A program made the translations under genes and the position numbers. Source: a virus. Taken from it: a DNA stretch of 64,000 nucleotides. Under the pieces are notes generated by a model that saw only the letters and a list, made by a program, of their open reading frames with translations, was not told the origin of the DNA and ran no database searches. Location: IMG/VR virus record IMGVR_UViG_3300046468_001139. One strand, 5' to 3'. Positions 21,535 to 31,535 of the stretch are shown here, one piece after another (positions within the stretch are counted from its first letter, which is position 1; every line of letters starts with the position of its first letter).

Positions 21535-21972
21535 TTAATTCATTCCCGAGTTTTCATCAAACGTTAAACGCATTTTTTCGCTGATATTATACGGCAAATA
21601 TGTTAAATCACAATCTATAATGATACCACTTTCGTATGTGTCAATAATAACTGAATTTGCAGTAACTCTTGGGTCTGAATTTACAATTCTTTTAACATTT
21701 TCTGCTATTGCTTCTTCCATTGACGGCGTCATTGGCTCAAATATTGCGTCCCAAATAATTGTTCCAAACTCAGGATTCATTAATTTTTCACCTTGTCTAA
21801 TATGAAAGTGATTAAGCAAGTCTTGTTTAATTAACCCAATGTCGTACAATGTTTTACTAACATTTTCCGGATTAACTGTACTAAGACCTTTGTAAGCACG
21901 ATTAGTTGTCGTTGGATTAGGTGGTGCTAAATCGCTGTTAACTTTAATGTTTTTGTATAGTTCGCTTGCCAT
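21535..21972 (-). CDS. gp25: Baseplate wedge subunit gp25-like
   Basis: IKQDLLNHFHIRQGEKLMNPEFGTIIWDAIFEP...DPRV motif. Confidence 0.85.
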   Translation of the reverse strand: MASELYKNIKVNSDLAPPNPTTTNRAYKGLSTVNPENVSKTLYDIGLIKQDLLNHFHIRQGEKLMNPEFGTIIWDAIFEPMTPSMEEAIAENVKRIVNSDPRVTANSVIIDTYESGIIIDCDLTYLPYNISEKMRLTFDENSGMN

Positions 21973-21992
21973 ATCAATATTTACCTTACTGG

Positions 21993-23570
21993 TTATTCAT
22001 TAGCTTTACTAGTTTTCTTAAATGTATCAGGAATACTAGGTGTTGGTTCATCGTTTTTAGTTGTAAAATTATTATCCCTATCAGTAGCAACTGGTTTAAA
22101 TGCTTGAGGATTTAAATTTTCATGCCATGGCCACGGTTCATGCTGTGGCATACGCTGAGTTAACCATCCTAATGCTGATGGTCCTGGGTTAATATGTGTG
22201 TTCAACGGACTAACTTGTTCAGCTGTTGCGGCTGTTGGGCCGTTCATATCAATCTTAGGTGCTGTTTCTGTATGGTTTCCTCCGCTGAGTATATCAGTAG
22301 TTGTACCTGCTGTAAACTTGTTTGCAGAACCTGTGTTTAGATCAAAGTTAGTTGATGTTGTAATCTTACCGTTAGCACCAATTAAAATATTTGTATCAGC
22401 GGCAGATTCTATTTGTATTTTACCGCCTTTCTTTGAACTAGCATTGTGATTGTCACTTGCTTTTAAGTATAAATTTGCACCAGCTTCAATAGTAACATTA
22501 CGATTTGCTGTAAAATTAAAATCATTACCACTATACATACTAATACTATCTTCTGCATAAATGTCAATTTTACCATCACTTGTCATTTCAAGCCAAGCAG
22601 TTCCTCTAGCATTAGCTATGTAGATTAGATCTTCTGTATTATGTAAAAGTATTTGGTGTCCTGTTCTAGTACGCACACGGAATAATTCGTTGTGTGGTAA
22701 TTCCCTTTTACCATCTGTTTCATTTTGCATTACATCAGCATACTCTGGTGGACCTTTGTCTGCTGTTGTTTTTCTTAAAAATTTATCATCTCCGTCATCT
22801 GCTACAAGAGAAGTTCCGCCAAGTCTTGATTTATAAACGTCAACAAATTCTTCGTTAGTACCTATTCTTGATTTAGGAGCACCAGGACGTTTATCAATAG
22901 GTCCAGGAGTATTAAATCCAAAGACTGCACTTGGTACTTCACGTCTTGCACTTGAAGTTGTAATTCCTCTTGTTTCGTCAAATATTAATCCTGAGTCAAC
23001 TAAGCCATTTACAAATTCTTTTTGGTGTGGCTTTTCAAACTTTGTAGGATCTTGTGCAAGTCCTGTTTCAGTTACTTTGTTGTATTCACTAACCGGCAAT
23101 TTAGCAGGTTTCATTTTTTCGTCAATTAGATCATTCCCATCAGCATCAACTTTTTTAGTAAATGACGTTGCGGCATTTCCCGGTACAGAAAAATTCATAT
23201 ACCTATCTTGAACACAGCCTAACCAGTAACACATATTTGGGTTACCTTCTGCAAAAATTATAAGAACCTGTGTTCCAATGTCAGGTGGAATCATCCACAT
23301 ACCATATGCTTGTTGACTATCTCTATAACCGTCGTTTGCTGTTACTCCGTTTCTTGGAGTTTGTCCTGTAAACGGTGACAAGTATTTTGCTTGGTACATT
23401 GATCCGCCAGCAAAGTTTGGGTTACCTGTTGTGGTAGTTTTTAATAACTGTACTTGTAAAGTACCCATGTACTCAGAATCAATAAAGCTCACTACCTTAG
23501 CAAGGTATGGCCCTGGCATCATTATTGGAGTTTTATCTTTTGAAACTTTATCTAGTAATGGATTCATCAT
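21993..23570 (-). CDS. gp5: Baseplate central spike gp5-like (OB-fold plus beta-helix, no lysozyme domain seen)
   Basis: Gp5/VgrG OB-fold motifs (D...G.LQV, YGMWMIPPDIGTQVLIIFAEG...YWLG), RTRTGHQILL, C-terminal beta-strand repeats. Confidence 0.75.
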   Translation of the reverse strand: MMNPLLDKVSKDKTPIMMPGPYLAKVVSFIDSEYMGTLQVQLLKTTTTGNPNFAGGSMYQAKYLSPFTGQTPRNGVTANDGYRDSQQAYGMWMIPPDIGTQVLIIFAEGNPNMCYWLGCVQDRYMNFSVPGNAATSFTKKVDADGNDLIDEKMKPAKLPVSEYNKVTETGLAQDPTKFEKPHQKEFVNGLVDSGLIFDETRGITTSSARREVPSAVFGFNTPGPIDKRPGAPKSRIGTNEEFVDVYKSRLGGTSLVADDGDDKFLRKTTADKGPPEYADVMQNETDGKRELPHNELFRVRTRTGHQILLHNTEDLIYIANARGTAWLEMTSDGKIDIYAEDSISMYSGNDFNFTANRNVTIEAGANLYLKASDNHNASSKKGGKIQIESAADTNILIGANGKITTSTNFDLNTGSANKFTAGTTTDILSGGNHTETAPKIDMNGPTAATAEQVSPLNTHINPGPSALGWLTQRMPQHEPWPWHENLNPQAFKPVATDRDNNFTTKNDEPTPSIPDTFKKTSKANE

Positions 23571-25921
23571 GCGTGGTGTCCTCCGCCATAGCCATAACCA
23601 GGTTGATGATTTTTTGCTATAGTGCCTTCTTCGGCTGGTCCTTGATCTTCTTCAGGTCCTTTTTGTTTTTTGTAATCTAATTCTGTTTGTGTATTCATTC
23701 TTAACAATGATAGTGTTTGTATAAACTTACCTTGATTAAATTCAGACTTAACATAAGTTACTTTATATAATCCACTAAATTGTCTAACTTTAACCCCACC
23801 GGCTTCATCGTTAGTTACAGGAAATTCTACTGTACTTGATGATGCACTATAATCATAAGGTGTTTTAAAATTTAATTCAATAAACTGTTGACTACGTACA
23901 TGATCAATATGTCCGTTTTCGTCTGCAAACCAAGTTGATCCTTGTGCTGACATATAATTTCCTGTACCACTATCACTAATGTAATAAGGATCTCCCATTA
24001 TTTGCAATTCAACTCTTACTAAATCTACCATACTATAGACCAATGCTTTATGGAAAGTACGTGCAATTACTTCTTTAGCATCTGATGGTACAGCTCTCAT
24101 ACCTGATGTAATAATTTCAATATCAGATTCAATAATTGATTTTAAAGGATCTAATGACGGTGTAGGGTCGCCTTCTTTTTGTGCTATTATATTTGATTTG
24201 TCTTCACTATTAGCTGTAGCACTTGCTCCATCATTCTGTGCAGTTTCTGTATCTGCACTACCATCTCTTGGAACAGGTGTTAGATATCTGTTATTAAATG
24301 TTAGATCAAATTCTAATACATTTTTGTTTTTACCTGTGTACAAATAATTGTATTCTTTTGCAATATGATCTATTGGTGTTGCCGGTGCAACATCTCCAGG
24401 ACCCATCCAAGTACTAGCATGTACTTCATACGGTATTACTTTAAAAATATAGATAAACGGTGGACGGCCTTTACTTGCTTCTATATCCTTTACCGGAACT
24501 TGAAACACCATTGGCAATATACTAAACCAAGGACGGAAGCCGTCAACTAATTTTTGATCTAATAAACTTTTACCATATTCACTTGATAAAACCATTTCCT
24601 CAATAATGCTGTTAATCTTTGTACCCTTTTCAAACTTAAAAGCACGTTTGCCTTCTGGTATATAATTTGCTTTTTGTTCATAAACATCTTTTTGTTCATC
24701 ATAAACTTTATCGGCTCCAGCACTTTGAATACTACCATTTTGCAATTTATCAGTAACTAGTTTTGATGTTCCGATAGGATTTATATTTCCGGTTGCTAAA
24801 CTTTGTGATACAATAGCTTCGCCAAGGTCTGACCTTTTTACTGAAACACCTGCAATTTTTTCTAAAAATGCTTCGTAGTCAATTATTTGTGTACTTTGAG
24901 ATTTACCTGTTAATGACTCAACTTTTTCTTGAGCAGTTATATCGTTAACTGTAGCATCATCTTCTTTCTTAGTAGCTAGTTTTCTACTTTCTAAAGCATC
25001 ACCAGGTGGAAATAATATAATGAATTGATCAGCAAATTTCTTTTTATTACCTTCTTCACGTTTTAACAAATTAGTATTAAGCACAGTAGTTAAACTTTGT
25101 ATTCCACTTTGTAATGCTTCTTGGAGATCGCCTCCAACAATTTGAATGTCTGATGGAATTTTTTGTACTGAATCACTGTTAGCACTAGAATTTGCAGAAA
25201 TAAATGTTGTTTCGTAAACTGTACCAGAAGAACTAACAGACATTGTTGAATCTGTTATCTTAATTGGTATTTGTCGTTTTGCAATACGCTTCATTTGATT
25301 GTCATCTGTATATCCTACAAATTCAATTGTTAATAAAAATGTTGCAAACGTATAAGTTAAGTGTCCAGCCATAACAGCCGCAACTTGTAAAGTTTCAAGA
25401 AACTGTCCCATGCTGTAAGGTTCTGTTACTGAAAATCCACCCTTGTGCATTTGCATTGCACGAGTTTCACTATTATATCCTATTACAGATTCAATAGTAA
25501 CATCATCCATAAAGTATTCAACTCTACCTCCGGCTTTTTCTAACATAGTTTGAGCTTTACGTTCGCCCATAGCTCTAGTTCCGCCGCCACTTTTAATAAT
25601 AACTACTTCTGGTTCGCCTTGGGCACCCATATATGTATTGTCAGGGTCTAATATTTCGTCTGTGGATAAACAGTATAATCCAAACATATGATTTACTGAG
25701 GTAAATTGTTCTAGTTCATTATCTATTGTGTTTCTTTGAATCTTATTAACACGCTGACTTCTTGCTAAATCTTGCTTAACTTTAGATAAAGATTGTTTTG
25801 CCGCTTTAATATCTTCTTCAGACATAAAGCTATGAGGATTTCCGCCAAGCTCGTTTTTGACTAAGTTTTCAAGTCTTATTTTTTCGTTTTTAAGTTTGTT
25901 TATTTCACCTAGGAGAGACAT
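23567..25921 (-). CDS. Baseplate hub protein (gp27/gp44-like)
   Basis: Between gp53 and gp5; C-terminal L.IMGDPYY...FSGLYKVTYV.SEF..GKF.QTLSL typical of hub proteins. Confidence 0.6.
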   Translation of the reverse strand: MSLLGEINKLKNEKIRLENLVKNELGGNPHSFMSEEDIKAAKQSLSKVKQDLARSQRVNKIQRNTIDNELEQFTSVNHMFGLYCLSTDEILDPDNTYMGAQGEPEVVIIKSGGGTRAMGERKAQTMLEKAGGRVEYFMDDVTIESVIGYNSETRAMQMHKGGFSVTEPYSMGQFLETLQVAAVMAGHLTYTFATFLLTIEFVGYTDDNQMKRIAKRQIPIKITDSTMSVSSSGTVYETTFISANSSANSDSVQKIPSDIQIVGGDLQEALQSGIQSLTTVLNTNLLKREEGNKKKFADQFIILFPPGDALESRKLATKKEDDATVNDITAQEKVESLTGKSQSTQIIDYEAFLEKIAGVSVKRSDLGEAIVSQSLATGNINPIGTSKLVTDKLQNGSIQSAGADKVYDEQKDVYEQKANYIPEGKRAFKFEKGTKINSIIEEMVLSSEYGKSLLDQKLVDGFRPWFSILPMVFQVPVKDIEASKGRPPFIYIFKVIPYEVHASTWMGPGDVAPATPIDHIAKEYNYLYTGKNKNVLEFDLTFNNRYLTPVPRDGSADTETAQNDGASATANSEDKSNIIAQKEGDPTPSLDPLKSIIESDIEIITSGMRAVPSDAKEVIARTFHKALVYSMVDLVRVELQIMGDPYYISDSGTGNYMSAQGSTWFADENGHIDHVRSQQFIELNFKTPYDYSASSSTVEFPVTNDEAGGVKVRQFSGLYKVTYVKSEFNQGKFIQTLSLLRMNTQTELDYKKQKGPEEDQGPAEEGTIAKNHQPGYGYGGGHHA

Positions 25922-25923
25922 AT

Positions 25924-26229
25924 TTAAACTCCCAGTCTAGACTTGATATCCGATGCCTTTGGAAGATAAATTTTAGTTCCCACTTTTAAATCATAAATAG
26001 GATCTTTAATAGTATCCATATTGCGTTGTGCAAATACCCACCACAGTTTTGGTGAACCGTAAAGGTCATATGCTAATAAATCTGGACGATGATTGTATTG
26101 AGGTTCAACTTCATATAACGCATCGTCTGACGAAGCCGGTACTGTTCGAATCCTCAATAGATCCATATGTTCGCCACTTTCGTTTTCAGGCGTATTGTGC
26201 CACGGGCTTGATTGGCTGTAAACTGCCAT
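25924..26229 (-). CDS. gp53: Baseplate wedge gp53-like (LysM-like)
   Basis: RPDLLAYDLYGSPKLWWVFAQRN...DP..DL..G..IYLP. Confidence 0.8.
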   Translation of the reverse strand: MAVYSQSSPWHNTPENESGEHMDLLRIRTVPASSDDALYEVEPQYNHRPDLLAYDLYGSPKLWWVFAQRNMDTIKDPIYDLKVGTKIYLPKASDIKSRLGV

Positions 26230-27113
26230 TAAATAAATCCTCCGCCATTTTTAATATATTCACCGTTAACATAATTCTGTAAACTAAATTTTTCAATTTC
26301 ACGTCTACTGTAAAGCGGTTGTACTGTAACTGTTATTAAACTTTGTGTTGGTGCCCAACTTACGCTATCTCGTTTTTCTTTTATCGTTTGCCCAGCGGCT
26401 CCTGATACACTTTTTTCTGTTGACATCGCTTTACCAAGTCCTGTTGCAATATAGTCAACATCTTGTGGTAAGTCAACTGTAAAGTTTGTTACTACAACTG
26501 GCACATTATTAAAAATAAAATCTCCGTATCCATTAAGTTTAACAACTGGTGGCGGTGCACCTAATGTTTCAGCTTCTCCACCATAAAACATTTTAGTTGC
26601 TGAACGTAGATAATGCAAAGCCGCTACCCAATACTCTGCTTCAACGCCATTTTGTACAAAAAAGTCACCTGTAATAACAAGTTGATCCACTTGTGAGTTC
26701 TGGTAAGCAAAATACGGATAATTAGTATGTGTAGGGGTAATTGCTTGATAGTTTGCTGAGTGTGCTACAATAATTGTAGGGGTAAACGGAAAAACTAATC
26801 CATTGGTTTGTTTTAATGGACTTAATAACGGAGATGCTTTGAAACTTGCCACATTAGGAATACTTAATCTAACACGCCAGTCTCGGTTAACTGGCTTCTT
26901 AAACCCAACCGTTTCAGTTGCAGTACCACCAAGTTTCGCTAGAGAACCGTCTGGCAAATTTTTAGATCGAATATCTTTAGCAAACCCATCTACATTTACA
27001 AAATCAGACACAGCATTGGCCGCATCTTCTACTGCACCTGTCAGGTTGCTTGTAAAATCACTCACCCCGTTTTTAATACTGTTTCCTAGTTTTGCAAAAT
27101 CAAATGATGACAT
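26229..27113 (-). CDS. Baseplate-tail tube initiator (gp48/gp54-like)
   Basis: GLVFPFTPTI...GAPPPVVKLNGYG..IFNNVPVVVTNF tube-fold signature; first gene of the baseplate operon. Confidence 0.6.
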   Translation of the reverse strand: MSSFDFAKLGNSIKNGVSDFTSNLTGAVEDAANAVSDFVNVDGFAKDIRSKNLPDGSLAKLGGTATETVGFKKPVNRDWRVRLSIPNVASFKASPLLSPLKQTNGLVFPFTPTIIVAHSANYQAITPTHTNYPYFAYQNSQVDQLVITGDFFVQNGVEAEYWVAALHYLRSATKMFYGGEAETLGAPPPVVKLNGYGDFIFNNVPVVVTNFTVDLPQDVDYIATGLGKAMSTEKSVSGAAGQTIKEKRDSVSWAPTQSLITVTVQPLYSRREIEKFSLQNYVNGEYIKNGGGFI

Positions 27114-27132
27114 TTGGCGATCTCCTTTACAT

Positions 27133-27138
27133 TATTTA
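27133..27138 (-). promoter_or_regulatory. Late promoter TAAATA for the baseplate operon
   Basis: TAAATA then AAAGGAG SD before the ATG at 27113; the same hexamer precedes most structural genes. Confidence 0.65.
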
Positions 27139-27139
27139 G

Positions 27140-27168
27140 TTGACTTTATTATCTACGTAGTTTATAAT
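27140..27168 (+). promoter_or_regulatory. Host sigma70-type promoter for gp55
   Basis: TTGACT (27140-45), 17-nt spacer, TATAAT (27163-68). Confidence 0.75.
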
Positions 27169-27194
27169 AGAACTTTAATATGGAGAATTCTTAC

Positions 27195-28046
27195 ATGAGA
27201 AAAGTAAATTACTTAAACAACAGAGATCTGCTTTCTGAAATACATAAGTCAAAGAGTACATACAGTAGTTTTACAGACGACAGTTATGCCCAATATGATA
27301 TTATTTTACCTGATGTGTCAAAAATTAACATCAGAACTATAGCAGAAGCAAAAAGAAACCAGGCGAAACGCATTGGTTACGCTGAATATGAGCGAAGGAA
27401 GAAGGCTGGAGAGAAGGTAAAGCAGGCAGATACAGAAATAGACTACCGAAAAATAGCTAAAACAGACTTAATTTTCCGTGTTATGACGTATGATCACATT
27501 CCAGAAGAAAAAGGTAGGAAGAAAAATCCTAAAACGATAGCAGATACCAAGGTAAAATTAAACTTTCCCCCATTTGTACACTACAGGTTCAATGACAATG
27601 ATGAATTAGAGCTTGTAGGTAAAAGTCATTGGGAAGGCGGAATGGAGAATGGACACTTTAGTTTAAGAGGCGGACAAGCAACTAATAAACTTGCTTTGAT
27701 GTGGATGAAATTGTGTGAACGATATGCTACACGTGGTAACGTAAGAGGTTATACTTATAATGACGAAATGCGTGGCCAAGCAATTTTACAGTTAACACAA
27801 ATAGGATTACAATTTGACGAGTCAAAATCAAATAATCCATTTGCATATTATACTGCCGCTGTTACAAATAGTTTTGTTAGAATTATTAACATTGAAAAGC
27901 GTAATCAAAACATTCGTGATGATATCTTAGAAATGAATAATATGAATCCTTCCTTTACTAGACAGAATCAAGGACAATGGGAAGCTCAACTAGAAGAACA
28001 CAATCGAAAGAATGCAGTAGCTAAAACCGCTCCTGTTAAAAAATAG
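27195..28046 (+). CDS. gp55: Late-transcription sigma factor gp55-like
   Basis: NYLNNRDLL.EI..SK; RGYTYNDEM...QFDESKSNNPFAYYT....NSFVRII..EK. Start placed at 27195 because GGAG at 27182-85 precedes it. Upstream of gp47/gp46 as in T4-likes. Confidence 0.85.
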   Translation: MRKVNYLNNRDLLSEIHKSKSTYSSFTDDSYAQYDIILPDVSKINIRTIAEAKRNQAKRIGYAEYERRKKAGEKVKQADTEIDYRKIAKTDLIFRVMTYDHIPEEKGRKKNPKTIADTKVKLNFPPFVHYRFNDNDELELVGKSHWEGGMENGHFSLRGGQATNKLALMWMKLCERYATRGNVRGYTYNDEMRGQAILQLTQIGLQFDESKSNNPFAYYTAAVTNSFVRIINIEKRNQNIRDDILEMNNMNPSFTRQNQGQWEAQLEEHNRKNAVAKTAPVKK

Positions 28047-28047
28047 G

Positions 28048-28076
28048 TTGACAGTAAAATCTATATGTTGTACAAT
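28048..28076 (+). promoter_or_regulatory. Host sigma70-type promoter for gp47/gp46
   Basis: TTGACA (28048-53), 17-nt spacer, TACAAT (28071-76). Confidence 0.75.
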
Positions 28077-28101
28077 AAAGTATAAATCGTGAGGTATAAT
28101 T

Positions 28102-29118
28102 TTGTTTAAAAAGGCGGCTGTCTTTACAGACATACACTTTGGACTCAAGTCCAATTCTAAAACACACAATGACGACTGCGAAGAATTCGTAGATTGGTAT
28201 ATTGAACAAGCTCAAGCTAACGGCTGTGAGACTGGTATCTTTATGGGCGACTGGCATCATAATAGAAACAGTTTGAACATCACTACACTTGATGCTACGC
28301 TTCGAGCATTGGAAAAACTTGGTAAGGCATTTGAAAAGTTTTATTTCTTTCCTGGCAACCATGATTTATATTATAAAGATAAAAGAGATTTGAATTCAGT
28401 TGCTTTTGGTAAGCACATTGAAGGCATTACAATGGTTAATGAAATAATGACCATTGGTGATAGTACACTAGTCCCATGGCTAGTTGGTGATGAATGGAAA
28501 AAGATTAGTAAATTAAAAAGCAAATACGTGTTTGGACACTTTGAACTACCTAGCTTCTATATGAATGCTATGGTGCAGATGCCAGATCACGGAGAACTAA
28601 AAGCAGAACATTTTAAAAATCAAGAATATGTGTTTAGTGGACACTTTCACAAAAGACAAGTAAAAGGTCCTGTACATTATATTGGTAATGCACTACCACA
28701 CAACTATGCAGATGCATGGGATGACGAACGTGGTATGATGATTTTAGAACACGGTGGGGAACCACAGTACATTAACTGGTGGAACTGTCCTAAGTATCGC
28801 ACAGTTAAACTTAGTCAACTACTAGATGAGAAAGATACACTTATTAAACCTAAGATGTATTTGAGAGTTACACTAGACTTACCTATTAGTTACGAAGAAG
28901 CAAGTTTTATTAAAGAAACATTTATTAAAGAATATGAATGTAGAGAAATTACATTAATTCCTAGTACCAAAGATGACGAGATTAATAGTGAGATTGATAT
29001 TGCACAGTTTGAAAGTGTTGATGAAATTGTAGCTAAAGAGATTGAAGCAATCGATTCAGACAACTTTGATAGGAAAAAACTGTTAGACATATATAGGGAT
29101 CTAGGTAGAGATGATTAA
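28102..29118 (+). CDS. gp47: Recombination endonuclease subunit (Mre11/SbcD-like)
   Basis: Metallophosphoesterase motifs DIHFG, GDWHH, GNHD, GHFE, SGHFH; TTG start with GAGG SD. Confidence 0.9.
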   Translation: MFKKAAVFTDIHFGLKSNSKTHNDDCEEFVDWYIEQAQANGCETGIFMGDWHHNRNSLNITTLDATLRALEKLGKAFEKFYFFPGNHDLYYKDKRDLNSVAFGKHIEGITMVNEIMTIGDSTLVPWLVGDEWKKISKLKSKYVFGHFELPSFYMNAMVQMPDHGELKAEHFKNQEYVFSGHFHKRQVKGPVHYIGNALPHNYADAWDDERGMMILEHGGEPQYINWWNCPKYRTVKLSQLLDEKDTLIKPKMYLRVTLDLPISYEEASFIKETFIKEYECREITLIPSTKDDEINSEIDIAQFESVDEIVAKEIEAIDSDNFDRKKLLDIYRDLGRDD

Positions 29119-30880
29119 AATTAAAGAATTAACAGTTAAGAATTTTATGAGTGTAGGTAATGCTACACAAGGAGTTGATTTCGATAGAGAACAACTAACG
29201 TTAGTGCTTGGTGAAAACTTAGATCAAGGAGGTGACGATTCAGGTTCCCGTAACGGTACAGGTAAAACTACGATAATTAACGCATTATCCTACGCCCTGT
29301 ACGGCCAAGCACTAACTAACATTCGCAAAGACAATTTAGTTAACAAAACTAATAACAAAGCAATGTTAGTAACCCTCACGTTTGAAAAAGATGGTAGAAA
29401 TTATCATATTGAGCGTGGACGTAAACCTAATTTGTTAAAATTTAGCATTGATGGTACTGATCAAGAGATTACAGACGAAAGTCAAGGCGATAGTCGTAAG
29501 ACACAAGAGGATATCAACACGCTTCTTGGTATGAGTCATGATATGTTTAAGCATATTCTTGCACTTAACACATATACAGAGCCGTTTTTGTCATTAAAGA
29601 GCAACGATCAACGTGCAATCATTGAGCAACTGTTAGGTATTACTATATTAAGTGAGAAAGCTGACAAACTTAGAGAACAAACTAAGATTGTTAAAGACCA
29701 ACTCACAGATGAAACTGCTAGACTTACGGCAGTAACAGCAAGTAATGAAAAAATTACAGAAAATATTGATAGGTTACATACAAGACGTAAAGCATGGATC
29801 TCTCAAAACAAACAAGACTGTGATAAACTTGACAAAGCAATTAAAGACTTAGAAAAACTAGACATTGACGCTGAACTAGAAGCACACGAGTTACTAAGTT
29901 CGTGGGCAGACAAAACAAATAAGCATAATAACTTGATCAAAGAAAGATCAACAGTTGAACGTGCATTAGAACAAGCTGACAAGAACATGAAAAAGTCTGG
30001 TAAAGAATTAGATGACTTAGAACATGCAAAGTGTTATGCTTGTGGACAAGACTTACACGATGAGAAGTTAGAAGAACTTAAAGAAAAACTACAAACTGAT
30101 TACGGTGATGCACACACATACCTAATTGAAATTGCTAGTAAGTTTGATAAGGTAATTAAAAAGATTGAAGACTTAGGCGACATTGAAAGTAAGCCTAACA
30201 CATTTTATGAAAATGCTAAAGAAGCATATGAGCATCAACACAATGTTGAGAACTTAAAGATTGCTTTACAGGCAAAGAAGGATGAAGTTGATCCTTACCA
30301 AGAACAAATTGACGATTTAAAAGAAACTGCTATTCAAGAACTTAACTGGGAAACAGTAAATGAACTGACTAGTACTAAAGAACATCAAGACTTTTTGTAT
30401 AAGTTGCTAACAAACAAAGATAGTTTTATTCGTAAGAAGATTATTGAACAAAACTTAGCATACTTAAACAACAGACTTACATATTACTTAGACAAAATAG
30501 GTTTACCACATACTGTAGTGTTTAAAAATGACCTAACAGTTGAAATACAACAACTAGGACAGGACTTAGACTTTGATAACTTGAGTAGAGGTGAACGTAA
30601 TAGACTTATACTTGGTATGAGTTGGAGTTTCCGTGATGTATGGGAAAGTTTATATCAAAATATTAACTTACTATTCATTGATGAGCTTATTGATAGTGGT
30701 ATGGACACAGCAGGTGTTGAAAGTTCTATTAGTATTCTTAAGAAAATGGCTAGAGAACGTGGTAAGAACGTATATCTAATTTCACACAAAGACGAACTAA
30801 TGGGTAGAGTTACAAATGTACTTAAAGTTATAAAAGAAAACGGCTTTACTAGTTATGATAACGATATAGAAATACAATAA
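29111..30880 (+). CDS. gp46: Recombination ATPase subunit (Rad50/SbcC-like)
   Basis: Walker A NGTGKTT, coiled coil with zinc hook CYAC, signature LSRGE, Walker B LLFIDE, H-loop ISH. Confidence 0.92.
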   Translation: MIKIKELTVKNFMSVGNATQGVDFDREQLTLVLGENLDQGGDDSGSRNGTGKTTIINALSYALYGQALTNIRKDNLVNKTNNKAMLVTLTFEKDGRNYHIERGRKPNLLKFSIDGTDQEITDESQGDSRKTQEDINTLLGMSHDMFKHILALNTYTEPFLSLKSNDQRAIIEQLLGITILSEKADKLREQTKIVKDQLTDETARLTAVTASNEKITENIDRLHTRRKAWISQNKQDCDKLDKAIKDLEKLDIDAELEAHELLSSWADKTNKHNNLIKERSTVERALEQADKNMKKSGKELDDLEHAKCYACGQDLHDEKLEELKEKLQTDYGDAHTYLIEIASKFDKVIKKIEDLGDIESKPNTFYENAKEAYEHQHNVENLKIALQAKKDEVDPYQEQIDDLKETAIQELNWETVNELTSTKEHQDFLYKLLTNKDSFIRKKIIEQNLAYLNNRLTYYLDKIGLPHTVVFKNDLTVEIQQLGQDLDFDNLSRGERNRLILGMSWSFRDVWESLYQNINLLFIDELIDSGMDTAGVESSISILKKMARERGKNVYLISHKDELMGRVTNVLKVIKENGFTSYDNDIEIQ

Positions 30881-31092
30881 TGACAGACGATACGCATGAT
30901 CTACTTACAAAGGCTTATATGCAATACTATAAAGCCAATGAAGCGTTTGAAATTCGCAAAAGCGAACGTACTAAACGTGAAGCACGTAGGTGGTTAAGCG
31001 AAATTCGTCGTTTGTGTTCTACACGCAGAGTAGAAATCATGGACGACTTCACATCTAACAAGAAGAACCAGAATCAAGAGCAAGACACATAG
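30880..31092 (+). CDS. Small helical protein, possibly Hc1/histone-H1-like DNA-binding family
   Basis: 70 aa; R.EARRWLSEIRRLC..RR.EI resembles the RARK.L.E..KL.K..R motif of Hc1-like proteins. Confidence 0.45.
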   Translation: MTDDTHDLLTKAYMQYYKANEAFEIRKSERTKREARRWLSEIRRLCSTRRVEIMDDFTSNKKNQNQEQDT

Positions 31093-31111
31093 GCTTAATG
31101 TAAGTAAGTTC

Positions 31112-31534
31112 ATGCAGTGGACTTATAAAGGTAAGAAAATAGACGAACTTCCGGAAGATTGCGAAGCATTTGTTTATCTAATCACTAACATCACTGATAA
31201 TCGCAAGTACGTAGGCAAAAAACTAGCTAAATTTAAGACAACTAAGCCACCACTCAAAGGCAGAAAAAACAAAAGACGCGGAACTAAAGAATCAGATTGG
31301 AGAGACTATTGGGGCTCCAGTGATAACTTATTAAGAGACGTTGAAGAATTAGGCACTGATAAATTCACCAGAGAAATATTACATTACTGTAAAAGCAGAG
31401 GCTTAGCAAGTTACTTAGAGGCTAAAGAACAGTTTGACCGTAGAGTACTAGAAACAGACGAGTATTATAACGGAATTATTAATGTACGGGTCGGCGGTTC
31501 TAAAATTCTAAAAGAAGAATTACGTAAATTATAG
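31112..31534 (+). CDS. GIY-YIG endonuclease (T4 endonuclease II/DenA-like, single domain)
   Basis: FVYLITN...RKYVGKK, YWGSS, E, YYNG.I motifs; 140 aa with no separate DNA-binding domain. Confidence 0.8.
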   Translation: MQWTYKGKKIDELPEDCEAFVYLITNITDNRKYVGKKLAKFKTTKPPLKGRKNKRRGTKESDWRDYWGSSDNLLRDVEELGTDKFTREILHYCKSRGLASYLEAKEQFDRRVLETDEYYNGIINVRVGGSKILKEELRKL

Positions 31535-31535
31535 G

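Noticed and set aside
27180-27194. ORF-track start for gp55 at 27180
   Set aside because: The GGAG SD lies inside these codons and fits the ATG at 27195.
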